64,000 bases of DNA, taken from assembly GCF_030384885.1 (NCBI RefSeq), contig NZ_CP128613.1. One strand, written 5' to 3'. The position numbers and the translations under genes were made by a program. Shown one piece after another: positions 9,321 through 21,367 of the stretch; position 1 is the stretch's first letter, and each line of letters begins with the position of its first letter. The notes below the pieces were generated by a model, which was not told the origin of the DNA, did not search any database, and worked only from the letters and a program-made list of their open reading frames with translations. Source of the DNA: Escherichia coli (GTDB lineage: Bacteria; Pseudomonadota; Gammaproteobacteria; Enterobacterales; Enterobacteriaceae).

Positions 9321-9620
9321 AAAAATCCCTTAATTATGAGTCAATAAAGCATGATTCCATTCCAGAGAGGCTGGGCAGGACTTGATAAATATTGATAATA
9401 TAAATATATGCAAATAATAAAATTATTTTAGATTAGAGCAAAAAACACATTACATGTCTATACGACATATAATAAAAAGGTTACAACCATCTGAAATTTA
9501 AAGATTTGTTCTTATTCTCAAAAATATAAAATCATAAATTAAAAATATAAATTCACCCCATTAGATTCATTAAATAAATACTTATTATATTTATCTATAT
9601 AACGTCATAGTAATCTATTA
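9321..9620 (-). promoter_or_regulatory. AT-rich upstream/promoter region of the accessory fimbrial operon
   Basis: ~300 bp of very AT-rich, curved-looking DNA (repeated AAAAATATAAA motifs) immediately upstream of the pilin gene; no ORF of 60 aa or more. Confidence 0.5.
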
Positions 9621-9643
9621 CGCTCTCCGCATCAGCGGAGAGC
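9621..9643 (-). terminator. Hairpin downstream of mrcB (putative terminator)
   Basis: Inverted repeat CGCTCTCCGC-ATCA-GCGGAGAGC about 10 bp after the mrcB stop; no strong U-tract, so it may be a factor-dependent or REP-like structure. Confidence 0.5.
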
Positions 9644-9653
9644 TATTACGATA

Positions 9654-12188
9654 TTAATTACTACCAAACATATCCTTGATCCAACCTGCTACGCCGTCAC
9701 TGTCTTTCTGCTCTTGCTGATCAGGTTGCTGTTGCGGCTGTTGCTGCGGCTGAGAAGACTGATCAAACGGATTGCCTGACGGTTGCTGCTGCATCTCACT
9801 CTGCTGGCACAGCGATTGCGGATCGCTGGTCCAGACCGGTAAGACACGCATGCCACCGCTGCAGACAAAGTTGCCGTCGTAGTCCACGCCCATATCAGCA
9901 ATGTCTTCTGGCGGAACAAGATTCAGCGGTGTTGGCGTCTGGTTAGCCAGATAACGCTGATAAATCGACATTGCCCCACTGGCACCATACAGTTTGGTCG
10001 GCTGGTTGTTATCACGGCCTACCCAGGTGATGGTCACCGTGCTGCCGTCAATGCCCGCAAACCAGGTATCCACGTTGTTGTTGGTAGTCCCGGTTTTGCC
10101 CGCCAGATGCAGGTTCGGGTATTTCGCCCCAAGCTGACGACCCGTACCGCGTTGTACCACCTGCTGCATGGTCCATAGTGTCAGATACGCCGCCTGCGCC
10201 GGAACCGCGCGTTCCGCCTGCGGGAAGCTCTGATACAGCACCTTGCCATCTTCCGCAATTACCGAACGCAGCGCAGAAAGTGGTGCACGGTTACCGCCGC
10301 TGGCGATGGTCTGGAAAGCCTGCGCCACTTCGATTGGCGTTAAGTTCAACGCCCCCAGCAGCATTGCCGGAACCGGATGCAGCTGATCTTTCGGTACGCC
10401 CAGTTTAATCCAGGTATCCGTAACCGCAGGCAGCCCCAGCGCCATCCCCAGATTTACCGTCGGCACGTTCATCGAACGAGTCAACGCATCCACCAGCATC
10501 ACTCTGCCACTTTCGCTATAACGACGATCATCGTTCTGCGGTGACCAGACCTGACCGTTCGGCTGACGCAGCGCGATTGGCGCATCGGCAATCCACGTGT
10601 TCAGGCGATAGATTCTCGGCTGGCTTAAGGCCGTCAGATAAGTCGCTGGTTTTGCAAGGGAACCAATCGAACGACGCGCCTGCATCGCACGGTTGTAACC
10701 TGCAAACTGCGGCTCAGAACCACCAACCATCGCGCGAACTTCACCGCTAAAGCGGTCGACAACCACGATTGCCGTTTCCAGATCGCTCAGCTTTCGCTGT
10801 TTCTTCAGCGCCGGAATACCCTCCACGGCGGCTTTTTCTGCCGCGTCCTGGGCCACCGAGTCAAAGGTAGTGAAGATCTTCACGCCGGAGAGATCTTTCA
10901 CTTTATCGCCCAGTTTCGCCTGTAGCTCCTGACGCACCAGTTGCATAAAGGCTGGCTGTGGAGAGATTACCCCACCACGCGGCTGAACCCCCAGCGGACG
11001 CGCGCTGAGCATTTCATACAGTTCGCCGTCGATAATCTGTTGCTGTTGCAGCAGACGCAGTACCAGATTACGTCGCTCCAGCGCCAGTTTCGGGTTACGC
11101 CACGGATTGTAGATGGACGCCCCTTTCACCATACCCACCAACAGCGCCTGCTGGTCGAGGCTCAATTCTTCTACCGGGCGACCAAAGTAATACAAGCTCG
11201 CCAGCGGGAAGCCGCGGATTTCGTTGTCGCCGCTCTGACCGAGATACACCTCGTTCATATACAGCTCAAGAATACGGTCTTTGCTGTAACGCGCGTCCAT
11301 GATCAGCGCCATGTAGGCTTCGTTCGCTTTACGCCAGTAAGAACGCTCGCTGGAGAGGAACAGGTTTTTCACCAGCTGTTGCGTCAGCGTACTCGCCCCC
11401 TGCACCGTGCGTCCGGCGGTCAGGTTTGCCAACACCGCACGTCCGATGGAGTAGAGACTGATCCCATCATGCTCGTAAAAATGACGGTCTTCTGTTGCCA
11501 GCAAAGTATCCACCAGCAGATCCGGGAAACCACTGCGCGGCACAAACAGACGTTGCTCACCGTTTGGCGAAGAGATCATGGTGATCAGACGCGGATCAAG
11601 ACGGAAGAAACCAAACTGACGGTTGTTCTCCATATTGACGATCGTCGCCAGATGATCGCCATCAAAGGTCAGACGCGCACGCACCTGTCCTTCTTTGCTG
11701 TCCGGGAAATCAAACGGACGACGGATCATCTCAATGCTGTTGGCCTGCACGGTAAATTCGCCAGGGCGCGTCATTTTCGACACCTGACGATACTGGGTCG
11801 CCTCCAGCAGCTTCACCATCTCGTTTTTGCTGATGGTCATGTCTGGCTCAAGGTTGACCATTCGGCCATAAACAGCCGCAGGCAATTGCCAAACTTTGCC
11901 ATCAATACGGCTACGAATTTTTTGATCGAGATAAACACCGTAAATGGCGATCAGCACGGCAAAAACGATAGCCAGTTTTAGCAGCAGCCATAGCCAGCCG
12001 CGTTTGCCACGAGGCTTACGCCCTTTGCCTTTGCCCTTACCTTTGCGCGGCATCGGTTCTTCATCCTCATAGTCATCATAATCGTCGTAATCATCGTCAT
12101 CTTCGTAACGACGACGGCTTACCTTTTGTTTGACCGGACGCGTCGGTTTCCCTTTGCGTCCAATTGGCTCGCGGTCATTCCCGGCCAT
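9654..12188 (-). CDS. mrcB: Penicillin-binding protein 1B (bifunctional glycosyltransferase/transpeptidase)
   Basis: 844 aa from [13 protein letters not shown]; acidic [15 protein letters not shown] and KGKGKGKG N-terminal tracts, transpeptidase SxxK (SLAKP) and KTG motifs, Gln-rich C-tail. Confidence 0.95.
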   Translation of the reverse strand: MAGNDREPIGRKGKPTRPVKQKVSRRRYEDDDDYDDYDDYEDEEPMPRKGKGKGKGRKPRGKRGWLWLLLKLAIVFAVLIAIYGVYLDQKIRSRIDGKVWQLPAAVYGRMVNLEPDMTISKNEMVKLLEATQYRQVSKMTRPGEFTVQANSIEMIRRPFDFPDSKEGQVRARLTFDGDHLATIVNMENNRQFGFFRLDPRLITMISSPNGEQRLFVPRSGFPDLLVDTLLATEDRHFYEHDGISLYSIGRAVLANLTAGRTVQGASTLTQQLVKNLFLSSERSYWRKANEAYMALIMDARYSKDRILELYMNEVYLGQSGDNEIRGFPLASLYYFGRPVEELSLDQQALLVGMVKGASIYNPWRNPKLALERRNLVLRLLQQQQIIDGELYEMLSARPLGVQPRGGVISPQPAFMQLVRQELQAKLGDKVKDLSGVKIFTTFDSVAQDAAEKAAVEGIPALKKQRKLSDLETAIVVVDRFSGEVRAMVGGSEPQFAGYNRAMQARRSIGSLAKPATYLTALSQPRIYRLNTWIADAPIALRQPNGQVWSPQNDDRRYSESGRVMLVDALTRSMNVPTVNLGMALGLPAVTDTWIKLGVPKDQLHPVPAMLLGALNLTPIEVAQAFQTIASGGNRAPLSALRSVIAEDGKVLYQSFPQAERAVPAQAAYLTLWTMQQVVQRGTGRQLGAKYPNLHLAGKTGTTNNNVDTWFAGIDGSTVTITWVGRDNNQPTKLYGASGAMSIYQRYLANQTPTPLNLVPPEDIADMGVDYDGNFVCSGGMRVLPVWTSDPQSLCQQSEMQQQPSGNPFDQSSQPQQQPQQQPDQQEQKDSDGVAGWIKDMFGSN

Positions 12189-12281
12189 GCTTTTTCTCCG
12201 CAATATTCAGGCGCAAAAGCCCGATTTTCTGTTCTTCTGTAACAAGACAGAAGAAGATATCTCTCAAATTTACTTTGGTCT

Positions 12282-14711
12282 TCATGAATACTTTTTCGTC
12301 CGTCGCGTCGGTGCGGTATTTGCCGGATCATCCGGCCAGACGTGTTTGGGATAACGCCCTTTCATCTCTTTTTGCACCTCGCGATACGCTCCTTTCCAGA
12401 AGGCGCTCAAATCTCGTGTGATTTGCAGCGGCCTTTGGGCAGGAGAAAGCAACTCCAGCACCAGCGGCACGCGCCCCTGGGCGATCGTCGGATTGGTGGC
12501 CTCGCCAAACATCTCCTGCATTCTCACCGCCAGCGCGGGCGGGTTATCTTCATGGTAACGAATGGCGATCCGGCTTCCCGTCGGCACAGTGTAATGCGCA
12601 GGCAATTCACTATCCAGACGTTGCTGCATCCCCCAATCAAGTAATCCGCGTAGCGCCTGATAAATATCGAGTGATTTCAGGCCGCGTAGCGAATGTACGC
12701 CTGTCATATGCGGCAGGAGCCACGTTTCCAGCGTCGCCAACAAACTTTCATCATCAACCGCTGGCCAGTCATATTCCGGCAACCACTTTGCGGCGCATAA
12801 CAAACGCAAGCGTAGCTGTTCCGCTTCCGCCGTCCAGTTGAGCACGCTTAAACCTTTATCACGAATGCCGTTAAGCATCGCCTGATGCAACTCGTCTTCC
12901 GAGGGTTTCGCCAGCGGCTGCACTTTCACCGTCAAATGACCGATTTGCAGCCGACGCCACGCTTTCAGCGTACCTTGCGCGTCATCCCACTCCACAGTGT
13001 CAGACTGCTGTACCAACTGCGGACAGCGTTGTACTAATTCATCGATATCGACCGGTAGCGCCAGTAAAATCCGCGCATCCGGCGAGGCGCTGCCCTGCAA
13101 TAATAACGGTGCGATCAACCATTCGTGGCGGCTGAGCGCATCATCGGCATCGAGCATTGCCCCCATGCCGTTTGCCAGTTGATAGCGCCCCTCTTGCCCA
13201 CGGCGGCGAGCGATGCGATCGGCAAACGCTCCGGCAAGTAACGGTGCGATAAGCGAACTGTCTGCCTCACCGCCGCGTACGTTTAAGCGCTTTAACAGTT
13301 GCTGGCTACGTTGCTGCCAGGCAGGTTGATTGCGCGAAAACGCCACGCCCAGATCGATATTGCCCATCCGTGGTGGCTCTTCGAGAATAGCGGCAATTTT
13401 TGCAGCGGTAGCAGCTTCGTCGTCGCTCTTTGCGCTCACCAGCATTGCCGCTAAACGCGGATCGTTACCCAGCGTCGCCATTTTCTGCCCTTTCGTGCTT
13501 AGCCGTTCACCGTCCATCGCCCCCAGCATCCGCAACAGGCGTTTCGCGGCCTGTAAATTCACGGCTGGCGGTTGATCCAGCCAGCTCATCTGCGTCGGAT
13601 CGCTGCATCCCCATTGCAGTAATTCCATCAGCAAACCGGAGAGATCGCTTTGTAATATTTCTGGTTCACTTTGCGCGGAGGCGCGTTCTGCTTGTTCTTT
13701 GGCGATTAAATGTAAACAGATCCCCGGCTCCAGACGTCCGGCACGCCCGGCGCGTTGCGTCATTGATGCCTGGCTAATGCGTTGGGTAATCAGCCGCGTT
13801 AGCCCCGTGCGCGGATCAAAGCGCGCCACACGTTCCTGAGCACAATCCACCACCAGACGAATACCTTCGATGGTTAAACTGGTTTCAGCAATATTGGTTG
13901 CCAGCACCACTTTGCGCATCCCTTCTGGTGCCGGAAGGATCGCTTTTCGCTGATCGTTCAGCGACAACGCGCCATACAGCGGGCAGAGCAACACATCACT
14001 ACCGATGCGCGAAGCCAGTTGTTCCTGAACGCGCTGAATTTCTCCGACACCAGGTAAAAATAACAGTAATGAGCCGCTTTCCTGATGCAGCAATTCGGCG
14101 GTGGCAACCGCCACGGCTTCATCAAAACGCTGATGAGCGAGCAGCGGTAAATATCGGCGTTCAACCGGAAATGAGCGCCCTTCTGAGATGACGACGGGCG
14201 CTTCTGGCAGCATCTGCTGCAAGCGGTCATTGTCCAGCGTAGCCGACATAATCAGTAGTTTAAGGTCATCACGCAGACCTTGTTGCACATCGAGTAACAG
14301 CGCCAACGCCAGATCCGCCTGCAAGCTGCGCTCATGAAACTCATCGAGGATCACCAATCCAACGCCGCTCAGTTCAGGGTCACGCTGGATCATGCGCGTC
14401 AACACGCCTTCGGTAACTACTTCCAGGCGAGTATTTGCCCCGACACAGTTTTGCGCGCGCATCCGGTAGCCTACCGTATCACCTGTTTTTTCGTTAAGCA
14501 GTTCCGCCAGTCGTTGCGCAACGTTACGCGCCGCCAGGCGACGCGGCTCCAGCAGGATAATTTTTCCGTTAATGCCGGGATGCGCCAGCAGTTGCAGCGG
14601 CAGCCAGGTTGATTTCCCGGCCCCGGTCGGCGCACTTAATAACACCTGCGGTGCACCATCGAGGGCAGCAAGTAACTCAGGTAAGACGGCGGCAACGGGC
14701 AACGACGACAC
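12282..14711 (-). CDS. hrpB: ATP-dependent RNA helicase HrpB (DEAH-box)
   Basis: Walker A PTGAGKST, DEFH box; GTG at 14711 with a GGAG 8 nt upstream gives 809 aa; the alternative ATG at 14756 has no Shine-Dalgarno. Confidence 0.9.
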   Translation of the reverse strand: MSSLPVAAVLPELLAALDGAPQVLLSAPTGAGKSTWLPLQLLAHPGINGKIILLEPRRLAARNVAQRLAELLNEKTGDTVGYRMRAQNCVGANTRLEVVTEGVLTRMIQRDPELSGVGLVILDEFHERSLQADLALALLLDVQQGLRDDLKLLIMSATLDNDRLQQMLPEAPVVISEGRSFPVERRYLPLLAHQRFDEAVAVATAELLHQESGSLLLFLPGVGEIQRVQEQLASRIGSDVLLCPLYGALSLNDQRKAILPAPEGMRKVVLATNIAETSLTIEGIRLVVDCAQERVARFDPRTGLTRLITQRISQASMTQRAGRAGRLEPGICLHLIAKEQAERASAQSEPEILQSDLSGLLMELLQWGCSDPTQMSWLDQPPAVNLQAAKRLLRMLGAMDGERLSTKGQKMATLGNDPRLAAMLVSAKSDDEAATAAKIAAILEEPPRMGNIDLGVAFSRNQPAWQQRSQQLLKRLNVRGGEADSSLIAPLLAGAFADRIARRRGQEGRYQLANGMGAMLDADDALSRHEWLIAPLLLQGSASPDARILLALPVDIDELVQRCPQLVQQSDTVEWDDAQGTLKAWRRLQIGHLTVKVQPLAKPSEDELHQAMLNGIRDKGLSVLNWTAEAEQLRLRLLCAAKWLPEYDWPAVDDESLLATLETWLLPHMTGVHSLRGLKSLDIYQALRGLLDWGMQQRLDSELPAHYTVPTGSRIAIRYHEDNPPALAVRMQEMFGEATNPTIAQGRVPLVLELLSPAQRPLQITRDLSAFWKGAYREVQKEMKGRYPKHVWPDDPANTAPTRRTKKYS

Positions 14712-14784
14712 AAAACGCTCCAGAGGGTTAACATTCTTCGCGCCACATTGTAGCATCGCGGTAATGCATAACCGAGTACCTCAC

Positions 14785-16034
<1,250 letters not shown>

Positions 16035-16211
16035 TAGAGTAAGTAACTGGTTAATTTACATTCTGGTCGCGTGCGCAAATACGCTTTTCCTCACACAGTT
16101 GTCAAGTGTTACGTTTAGATAATTGCTATCCGGAAAAGCTTCTGCTATTTATAGCGGCCTCATTTTTCCCCCGAACATGGGGATCGATAGTGCGTGTTAA
16201 GGAGAAGCAAC

Positions 16212-16667
16212 ATGCAAGAAGGGCAAAACCGTAAAACATCGTCCCTGAGTATTCTCGCCATCGCTGGGGTGGAGCCATATCAGGAGAAGCCGGGCGAAGA
16301 GTATATGAACGAAGCCCAGCTGGCGCACTTCCGTCGTATTCTGGAAGCATGGCGTAATCAACTCAGGGATGAAGTCGATCGCACCGTTACACATATGCAG
16401 GATGAAGCAGCCAACTTCCCGGATCCGGTAGACCGTGCAGCCCAGGAAGAAGAGTTCAGCCTCGAACTGCGTAACCGCGATCGCGAGCGTAAGCTGATCA
16501 AAAAGATCGAGAAAACGCTGAAAAAAGTGGAAGACGAAGATTTCGGCTACTGCGAATCTTGCGGCGTTGAAATTGGTATTCGTCGTCTGGAAGCGCGCCC
16601 GACAGCCGATCTGTGCATCGACTGCAAAACGCTGGCTGAAATTCGCGAAAAACAGATGGCTGGCTAA
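16212..16667 (+). CDS. dksA: RNA polymerase-binding transcription factor DksA
   Basis: 151 aa from [12 protein letters not shown]4 zinc finger [25 protein letters not shown]. Confidence 0.95.
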   Translation: MQEGQNRKTSSLSILAIAGVEPYQEKPGEEYMNEAQLAHFRRILEAWRNQLRDEVDRTVTHMQDEAANFPDPVDRAAQEEEFSLELRNRDRERKLIKKIEKTLKKVEDEDFGYCESCGVEIGIRRLEARPTADLCIDCKTLAEIREKQMAG

Positions 16668-16695
16668 TTACAGCCGTTCCATCACGTTTACCACA

Positions 16696-16724
16696 GGCGG
16701 GAAATGCTCCCGCCTTATTTTTTG
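16696..16724 (+). terminator. Intrinsic terminator of dksA immediately upstream of gluQ
   Basis: GGCGGG-AAATGCT-CCCGCC hairpin followed by TTATTTTTT, ending 9 bp before the gluQ ATG. Confidence 0.8.
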
Positions 16725-16733
16725 TTCAACGAG

Positions 16734-17630
16734 ATGACAGACACACACTATATTGGTCGCTTCGCCCCCTCTCCTTCTGGCGAGCTTCATTTTGGCTCTC
16801 TGATTGCCGCGCTTGGAAGCTTTCTACAGGCTCGCGCCCGGCAAGGTCGCTGGCTTGTTCGCATTGAAGATATCGATCCGCCTCGTGAAGTTCCCGGTGC
16901 CGCAGAGACCATCCTGCGCCAGCTGGAACATTACGGTCTACACTGGGACGGCGATGTTCTCTGGCAATCGCAACGTCACGACGCCTATCGCGAAGCACTC
17001 GCATGGTTACATGAGCAAGGGTTAAGTTATTACTGCACCTGCACGCGCGCACGTATTCAAAGCATTGGCGGTATTTACGACGGTCATTGCCGGGAGTTGC
17101 ATCATGGGCCAGAAAACGCTGCTGTACGTATTCGCCAGCAGCATCCGGTCACCCAGTTTACTGACCAGCTGCGCGGCATTATTCATGCCGACCAAAAACT
17201 GGCGCGGGAAGATTTTATTATTCATCGCCGTGATGGTTTGTTTGCCTATAACCTGGCGGTGGTGGTGGATGATCACTTCCAGGGCGTGAGCGAAATTGTC
17301 CGCGGGGCAGATTTGATCGAACCCACGGTGCGCCAAATCTCGCTGTACCAGCTTTTTGGCTGGCAGGTGCCAGATTACATTCATTTGCCACTGGCACTTA
17401 ATCCACAAGGCGCTAAACTTTCCAAGCAGAATCATGCGCCTGCGTTGCCGAAAGGCGATCCACGCCCGGTACTAATCGCGGCACTTCAATTTCTGGGTCA
17501 ACAGGCAGAAGCACACTGGCAGGATTTCAGCGTCGAGCAAATTCTCCAGTCAGCCGTCACAAACTGGACGCTGACTACCATTCCTGAGTCGGCAATTGTA
17601 AATTCAACATTCTCAAATGCCTCATGCTGA
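16734..17630 (+). CDS. gluQ: Glutamyl-Q tRNA(Asp) synthetase
   Basis: Truncated GluRS-like catalytic domain with class I HIGH-type motif ([14 protein letters not shown]); start placed at MTDTHYIG because the track ATG at 16704 lies inside the terminator hairpin. Confidence 0.88.
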   Translation: MTDTHYIGRFAPSPSGELHFGSLIAALGSFLQARARQGRWLVRIEDIDPPREVPGAAETILRQLEHYGLHWDGDVLWQSQRHDAYREALAWLHEQGLSYYCTCTRARIQSIGGIYDGHCRELHHGPENAAVRIRQQHPVTQFTDQLRGIIHADQKLAREDFIIHRRDGLFAYNLAVVVDDHFQGVSEIVRGADLIEPTVRQISLYQLFGWQVPDYIHLPLALNPQGAKLSKQNHAPALPKGDPRPVLIAALQFLGQQAEAHWQDFSVEQILQSAVTNWTLTTIPESAIVNSTFSNASC

Positions 17631-17689
17631 GCTATGATTAGCCGCTATTTTTTTGTCCTGAATGATGTTTGACACTACCGAGGTGTATT

Positions 17690-19087
17690 ATTTTTACCCG
17701 AGTCGCTAATTTTTGCCGCAAGGTGCTAAGCCGCGAGGAGAGCGAAGCTGAACAGGCAGTCGCCCGTCCACAGGTGACGGTGATCCCGCGTGAGCAACAT
17801 GCTATCTCTCGCAAAGATATCAGTGAAAATGCCCTGAAGGTAATGTACAGGCTCAATAAAGCGGGATACGAAGCCTGGCTGGTTGGCGGCGGCGTGCGCG
17901 ACCTGTTACTTGGCAAAAAGCCGAAAGATTTTGACGTGACCACTAACGCCACGCCAGAGCAAGTGCGCAAACTGTTCCGTAACTGCCGCCTGGTAGGTCG
18001 CCGTTTCCGTCTTGCTCATGTCATGTTTGGCCCAGAGATTATCGAAGTCGCAACCTTCCGTGGACACCACGAAGGTAACGTCAGCGACCGTACGACCTCC
18101 CAACGCGGGCAAAACGGCATGTTGCTGCGCGACAACATTTTCGGTTCCATCGAAGAAGACGCCCAGCGCCGCGATTTCACCATCAATAGCCTGTATTACA
18201 GCGTGGCGGATTTTACGGTCCGCGATTACGTTGGTGGCATGAAGGATCTGAAAGACGGCGTTATCCGTCTGATTGGTAACCCGGAAACGCGCTACCGTGA
18301 AGATCCGGTACGTATGCTGCGCGCGGTTCGTTTTGCCGCCAAATTGGACATGCGCATCAGCCCGGAAACCGCAGAACCGATCCCACGCCTGGCAACCTTG
18401 CTAAACGATATTCCTCCGGCGCGTTTGTTTGAAGAATCTCTGAAACTGTTGCAAGCGGGCTACGGTTACGAAACTTATAAACTGCTGTGTGAATACCATC
18501 TGTTCCAGCCGCTGTTCCCGACCATTACCCGCTACTTTACGGAAAATGGTGACAGTCCAATGGAGCGGATCATTGAGCAGGTGCTGAAGAATACCGATAC
18601 GCGTATCCATAACGATATGCGCGTGAACCCGGCGTTCCTGTTTGCCGCCATGTTCTGGTACCCACTGCTGGAGACAGCACAGAAGATCGCCCAGGAAAGT
18701 GGCCTGACCTATCACGACGCTTTCGCGCTGGCAATGAACGATGTGTTAGACGAAGCCTGCCGTTCACTGGCGATCCCGAAACGTCTGACGACGTTAACCC
18801 GCGATATCTGGCAGTTGCAGTTGCGCATGTCCCGCCGTCAGGGTAAACGCGCATGGAAATTACTCGAACATCCGAAGTTCCGCGCCGCTTATGACCTGCT
18901 GGCACTGCGTGCTGAAGTAGAACGCAACGCCGAGCTACAACGTCTGGCGAAATGGTGGGGTGAGTTCCAGGTTTCTGCGCCGCCAGACCAAAAAGGGATG
19001 CTTAACGAACTGGATGAAGAACCGTCACCGCGTCGTCGTACTCGTCGCCCGCGCAGACGTGCGCCGCGCCGTGAGGGCACCGCATGA
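17690..19087 (+). CDS. pcnB: Poly(A) polymerase I
   Basis: Nucleotidyltransferase motif [17 protein letters not shown]; basic C-tail; start placed at the ATT codon (IFTRVANF) per the known AUU initiation of pcnB; the track ORF starts at an upstream TTG. Confidence 0.9.
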   Translation: MFTRVANFCRKVLSREESEAEQAVARPQVTVIPREQHAISRKDISENALKVMYRLNKAGYEAWLVGGGVRDLLLGKKPKDFDVTTNATPEQVRKLFRNCRLVGRRFRLAHVMFGPEIIEVATFRGHHEGNVSDRTTSQRGQNGMLLRDNIFGSIEEDAQRRDFTINSLYYSVADFTVRDYVGGMKDLKDGVIRLIGNPETRYREDPVRMLRAVRFAAKLDMRISPETAEPIPRLATLLNDIPPARLFEESLKLLQAGYGYETYKLLCEYHLFQPLFPTITRYFTENGDSPMERIIEQVLKNTDTRIHNDMRVNPAFLFAAMFWYPLLETAQKIAQESGLTYHDAFALAMNDVLDEACRSLAIPKRLTTLTRDIWQLQLRMSRRQGKRAWKLLEHPKFRAAYDLLALRAEVERNAELQRLAKWWGEFQVSAPPDQKGMLNELDEEPSPRRRTRRPRRRAPRREGTA

Positions 19088-19563
19088 CAGTGGCGTATAT
19101 TGCCATCGGCAGCAATCTGGCCTCTCCGCTGGAGCAGGTCAATGCTGCCCTGAAGGCAATAGATGACATTCCTGAAAGCCGCATTCTTGCCGTTTCTTCG
19201 TTTTACCGCACCCCACCGCTGGGGCCGCAAGATCAACCCGATTACTTAAACGCAGCCGTGGCGCTGGAAACCTCTCTTACAGCAGAAGAGCTCCTCAACC
19301 ACACACAGCGTATTGAGCTGCAGCAAGGTCGCGTCCGCAAAGCTGAACGCTGGGGACCGCGCACGCTCGATCTTGATATCATGTTGTTTGGTAATGAAAC
19401 CATTAATACCGAACGACTCACCGTCCCGCATTACGATATGAAGAATCGCGGCTTTATGCTGTGGCCGCTGTTTGAAATCGCGCCGAAGCTGGTCTTTCCT
19501 GATGGGACAGGATTAGACAACTTATTACGAATAAATAAGTTCGCTGAATTAAATAAATGGTAA
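19084..19563 (+). CDS. folK: 2-amino-4-hydroxy-6-hydroxymethyldihydropteridine pyrophosphokinase
   Basis: 159 aa from [12 protein letters not shown]; overlaps the pcnB stop (ATGA). Confidence 0.93.
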   Translation: MTVAYIAIGSNLASPLEQVNAALKAIDDIPESRILAVSSFYRTPPLGPQDQPDYLNAAVALETSLTAEELLNHTQRIELQQGRVRKAERWGPRTLDLDIMLFGNETINTERLTVPHYDMKNRGFMLWPLFEIAPKLVFPDGTGLDNLLRINKFAELNKW

Positions 19564-19910
19564 GGCAATAGTTTTGCAAATATAAATAAATTCCGAAAAT
19601 AGCTTTCACGCAATTACAATAATCCCTCCTCTAAGTTATAACCGTAATAATATAATATTCACCCCACTCAACAGCCCCACCCATATACACCATTATCATC
19701 ACATTAGATATTTAGTTTTACTTAAAAATGAATTAAGTGGATATTTAATTTTAAATATGCACAATATCCCCCCTAATGATGAACAGATGTTACATTCGGT
19801 AAATCCAAGCATCCATCATTAACAAACCATTCACCTTTTCTTTATCGAGACTTCCTGCTTGAGGAGGTCTGATTAAAGTTAAACTCATGGAATATGATTC
19901 AAGGATTTTT
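19564..19910 (+). promoter_or_regulatory. AT-rich promoter/regulatory region of the yad fimbrial operon
   Basis: ~350 bp AT-rich non-coding region upstream of yadN; no GATC pairs seen. Confidence 0.5.
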
Positions 19911-20495
19911 ATGTCTAAAAAATTAGGTTTTGCGCTCTCTGGTCTTATGCTGGCAATGGTTGCAGGTTCCGCTTCTGCTGATATGGACGGTGGTCAGTTA
20001 AATATCAGTGGTCTGGTTGTTGATAATACCTGTGAAACCCGCGTAGACGGCGGTAACAAAGATGGCCTGATCCTGCTGCAAACTGCAACCGTTGGAGAAA
20101 TCTCTGAGGGTGTGCTGGACACTACCGTTGGTGCTAAAGCTAAACCATTCAGCATTACTGTTGACTGTAGTAAAGCTAATCCGGCACCAGGCAGCACAGC
20201 AAAAATGACTTTCGGTTCAGTCTTCTTTGGTAACAGTAAAGGAACGCTGAATAATGATATGTCAATTAATACGCCATCGGACGGTGTTAATATTGCTCTG
20301 CACAATATCGAAGGTTCTGCTATCAAACAGGTTAAAATCAACAACCCTGGCGATATCTATTCCAAAGCACTGGATGCAACTTCTAAATCCGCAACTTATG
20401 ACTTTAAAGCATCTTATGTTCGTGCAGATGCGAGCCAACCAGGCACTGCTGGTTATGTGAAAACTAACACTGCATATACCGTTACTTATCAGTAA
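19911..20495 (+). CDS. yadN: Yad fimbriae major subunit
   Basis: 194 aa from [23 protein letters not shown]; fimbrial pilin C-terminus YTVTYQ. Confidence 0.9.
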   Translation: MSKKLGFALSGLMLAMVAGSASADMDGGQLNISGLVVDNTCETRVDGGNKDGLILLQTATVGEISEGVLDTTVGAKAKPFSITVDCSKANPAPGSTAKMTFGSVFFGNSKGTLNNDMSINTPSDGVNIALHNIEGSAIKQVKINNPGDIYSKALDATSKSATYDFKASYVRADASQPGTAGYVKTNTAYTVTYQ

Positions 20496-20529
20496 GCATT
20501 TCCATCCATATTCATGAATTGAATACATA

Positions 20530-20571
20530 CAGGGAATAATATTGATATTTCATACTACTCCCTGTTTTTTT
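20530..20571 (+). terminator. Intra-operon hairpin plus T-tract after yadN (putative attenuating terminator)
   Basis: CAGGGA ... TCCCTG stem followed by TTTTTTT between the pilin and chaperone genes. Confidence 0.5.
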
Positions 20572-20591
20572 AACTCTGCCAGGAATGGTTT

Positions 20592-21332
20592 ATGTTTTTC
20601 AACACTAAACATACAGCAGCATTATGCTTCGCAACCTGTGTAGCTTTTAGCTCATCAGCTATAGCAGATATCGTAATTTCCGGTACACGCGTAATCTATA
20701 AAAGCGACCAAAAAAGTGTCAGCGTTCGTCTGGAAAATAAAGGCAATAACCCATTACTTGTTCAAAGTTGGCTGGATACCGGCGATGACAATGCTGAGCC
20801 TGGCAGTATTACCGTCCCCTTTACTGCGACTCCGCCCGTATCACGCATTGATGCAAAACGCGGCCAAACTATCAAACTGATGTACACCGCCAGTAGCGTC
20901 CTGCCAAAAGATAGAGAAAGTGTGTTCTGGTTTAACGTACTGGAAGTTCCTCCAAAACCAGATGCCGCAACAGCTACAAATCAAAGCCTGCTGCAGTTGG
21001 CATTTCGTACCCGTATCAAATTGTTTTATCGCCCTGAAGGGTTAAAGGGCAATCCGTCTGACGCGCCGTTAGCACTTAAATGGTCATGGGCAACTGCGGG
21101 AGGCCAAACAGCTTTGCAAGTAACAAACCCTACGCCTTATTACGTCTCATTTAGCAGTGGTGATTTAGAAACCAGCAGCAAGCGCTATCCACTCGACGTA
21201 AAAATGATTGCGCCATTCAGTAACGATGTCATCAAAGTGAACGGTATGAGTGGCAAATCAAGCTCTGCAAAAGTTCATTTCTACGCCATTAATGATTTTG
21301 GCGGAGCCATAGAAGGCAATGCAACTCTGTAA
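20592..21332 (+). CDS. yadV: Yad fimbrial periplasmic chaperone
   Basis: 246 aa PapD-like chaperone (also called ecpD in older K-12 annotation). Confidence 0.9.
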   Translation: MFFNTKHTAALCFATCVAFSSSAIADIVISGTRVIYKSDQKSVSVRLENKGNNPLLVQSWLDTGDDNAEPGSITVPFTATPPVSRIDAKRGQTIKLMYTASSVLPKDRESVFWFNVLEVPPKPDAATATNQSLLQLAFRTRIKLFYRPEGLKGNPSDAPLALKWSWATAGGQTALQVTNPTPYYVSFSSGDLETSSKRYPLDVKMIAPFSNDVIKVNGMSGKSSSAKVHFYAINDFGGAIEGNATL

Positions 21333-21367
21333 TCAGGCAAGGGATATTACGCAGCAGGAAGCGAAAC

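Larger units (their letters stand above)
4330..9650 (-). other. Accessory chaperone-usher fimbrial island (4 genes plus AT-rich upstream region) inserted between mrcB and fhuA
   Basis: Four co-oriented fimbrial genes with visibly lower GC than flanking mrcB/fhuA; I recall only a short intergenic region at this position in K-12; boundaries are approximate. Confidence 0.7.

Noticed and set aside
9321-9620. Invertible phase-variation switch (fim-like) or Dam-methylation switch (pap-like) upstream of the island pilin
   Set aside because: No flanking recombinase gene, no clear 9-bp inverted repeats, and no GATC sites in the region; cannot be excluded without a systematic inverted-repeat search.
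4330-9650. Possible integrative mobile element (integrase, tRNA attachment site, IS flank) carrying the fimbrial island
   Set aside because: No integrase, transposase, tRNA gene or terminal direct repeats were found by eye; annotated as a non-mobile accessory island.
10941-11981. 346 aa ORF on the + strand
   Set aside because: Antisense to mrcB; no independent support.
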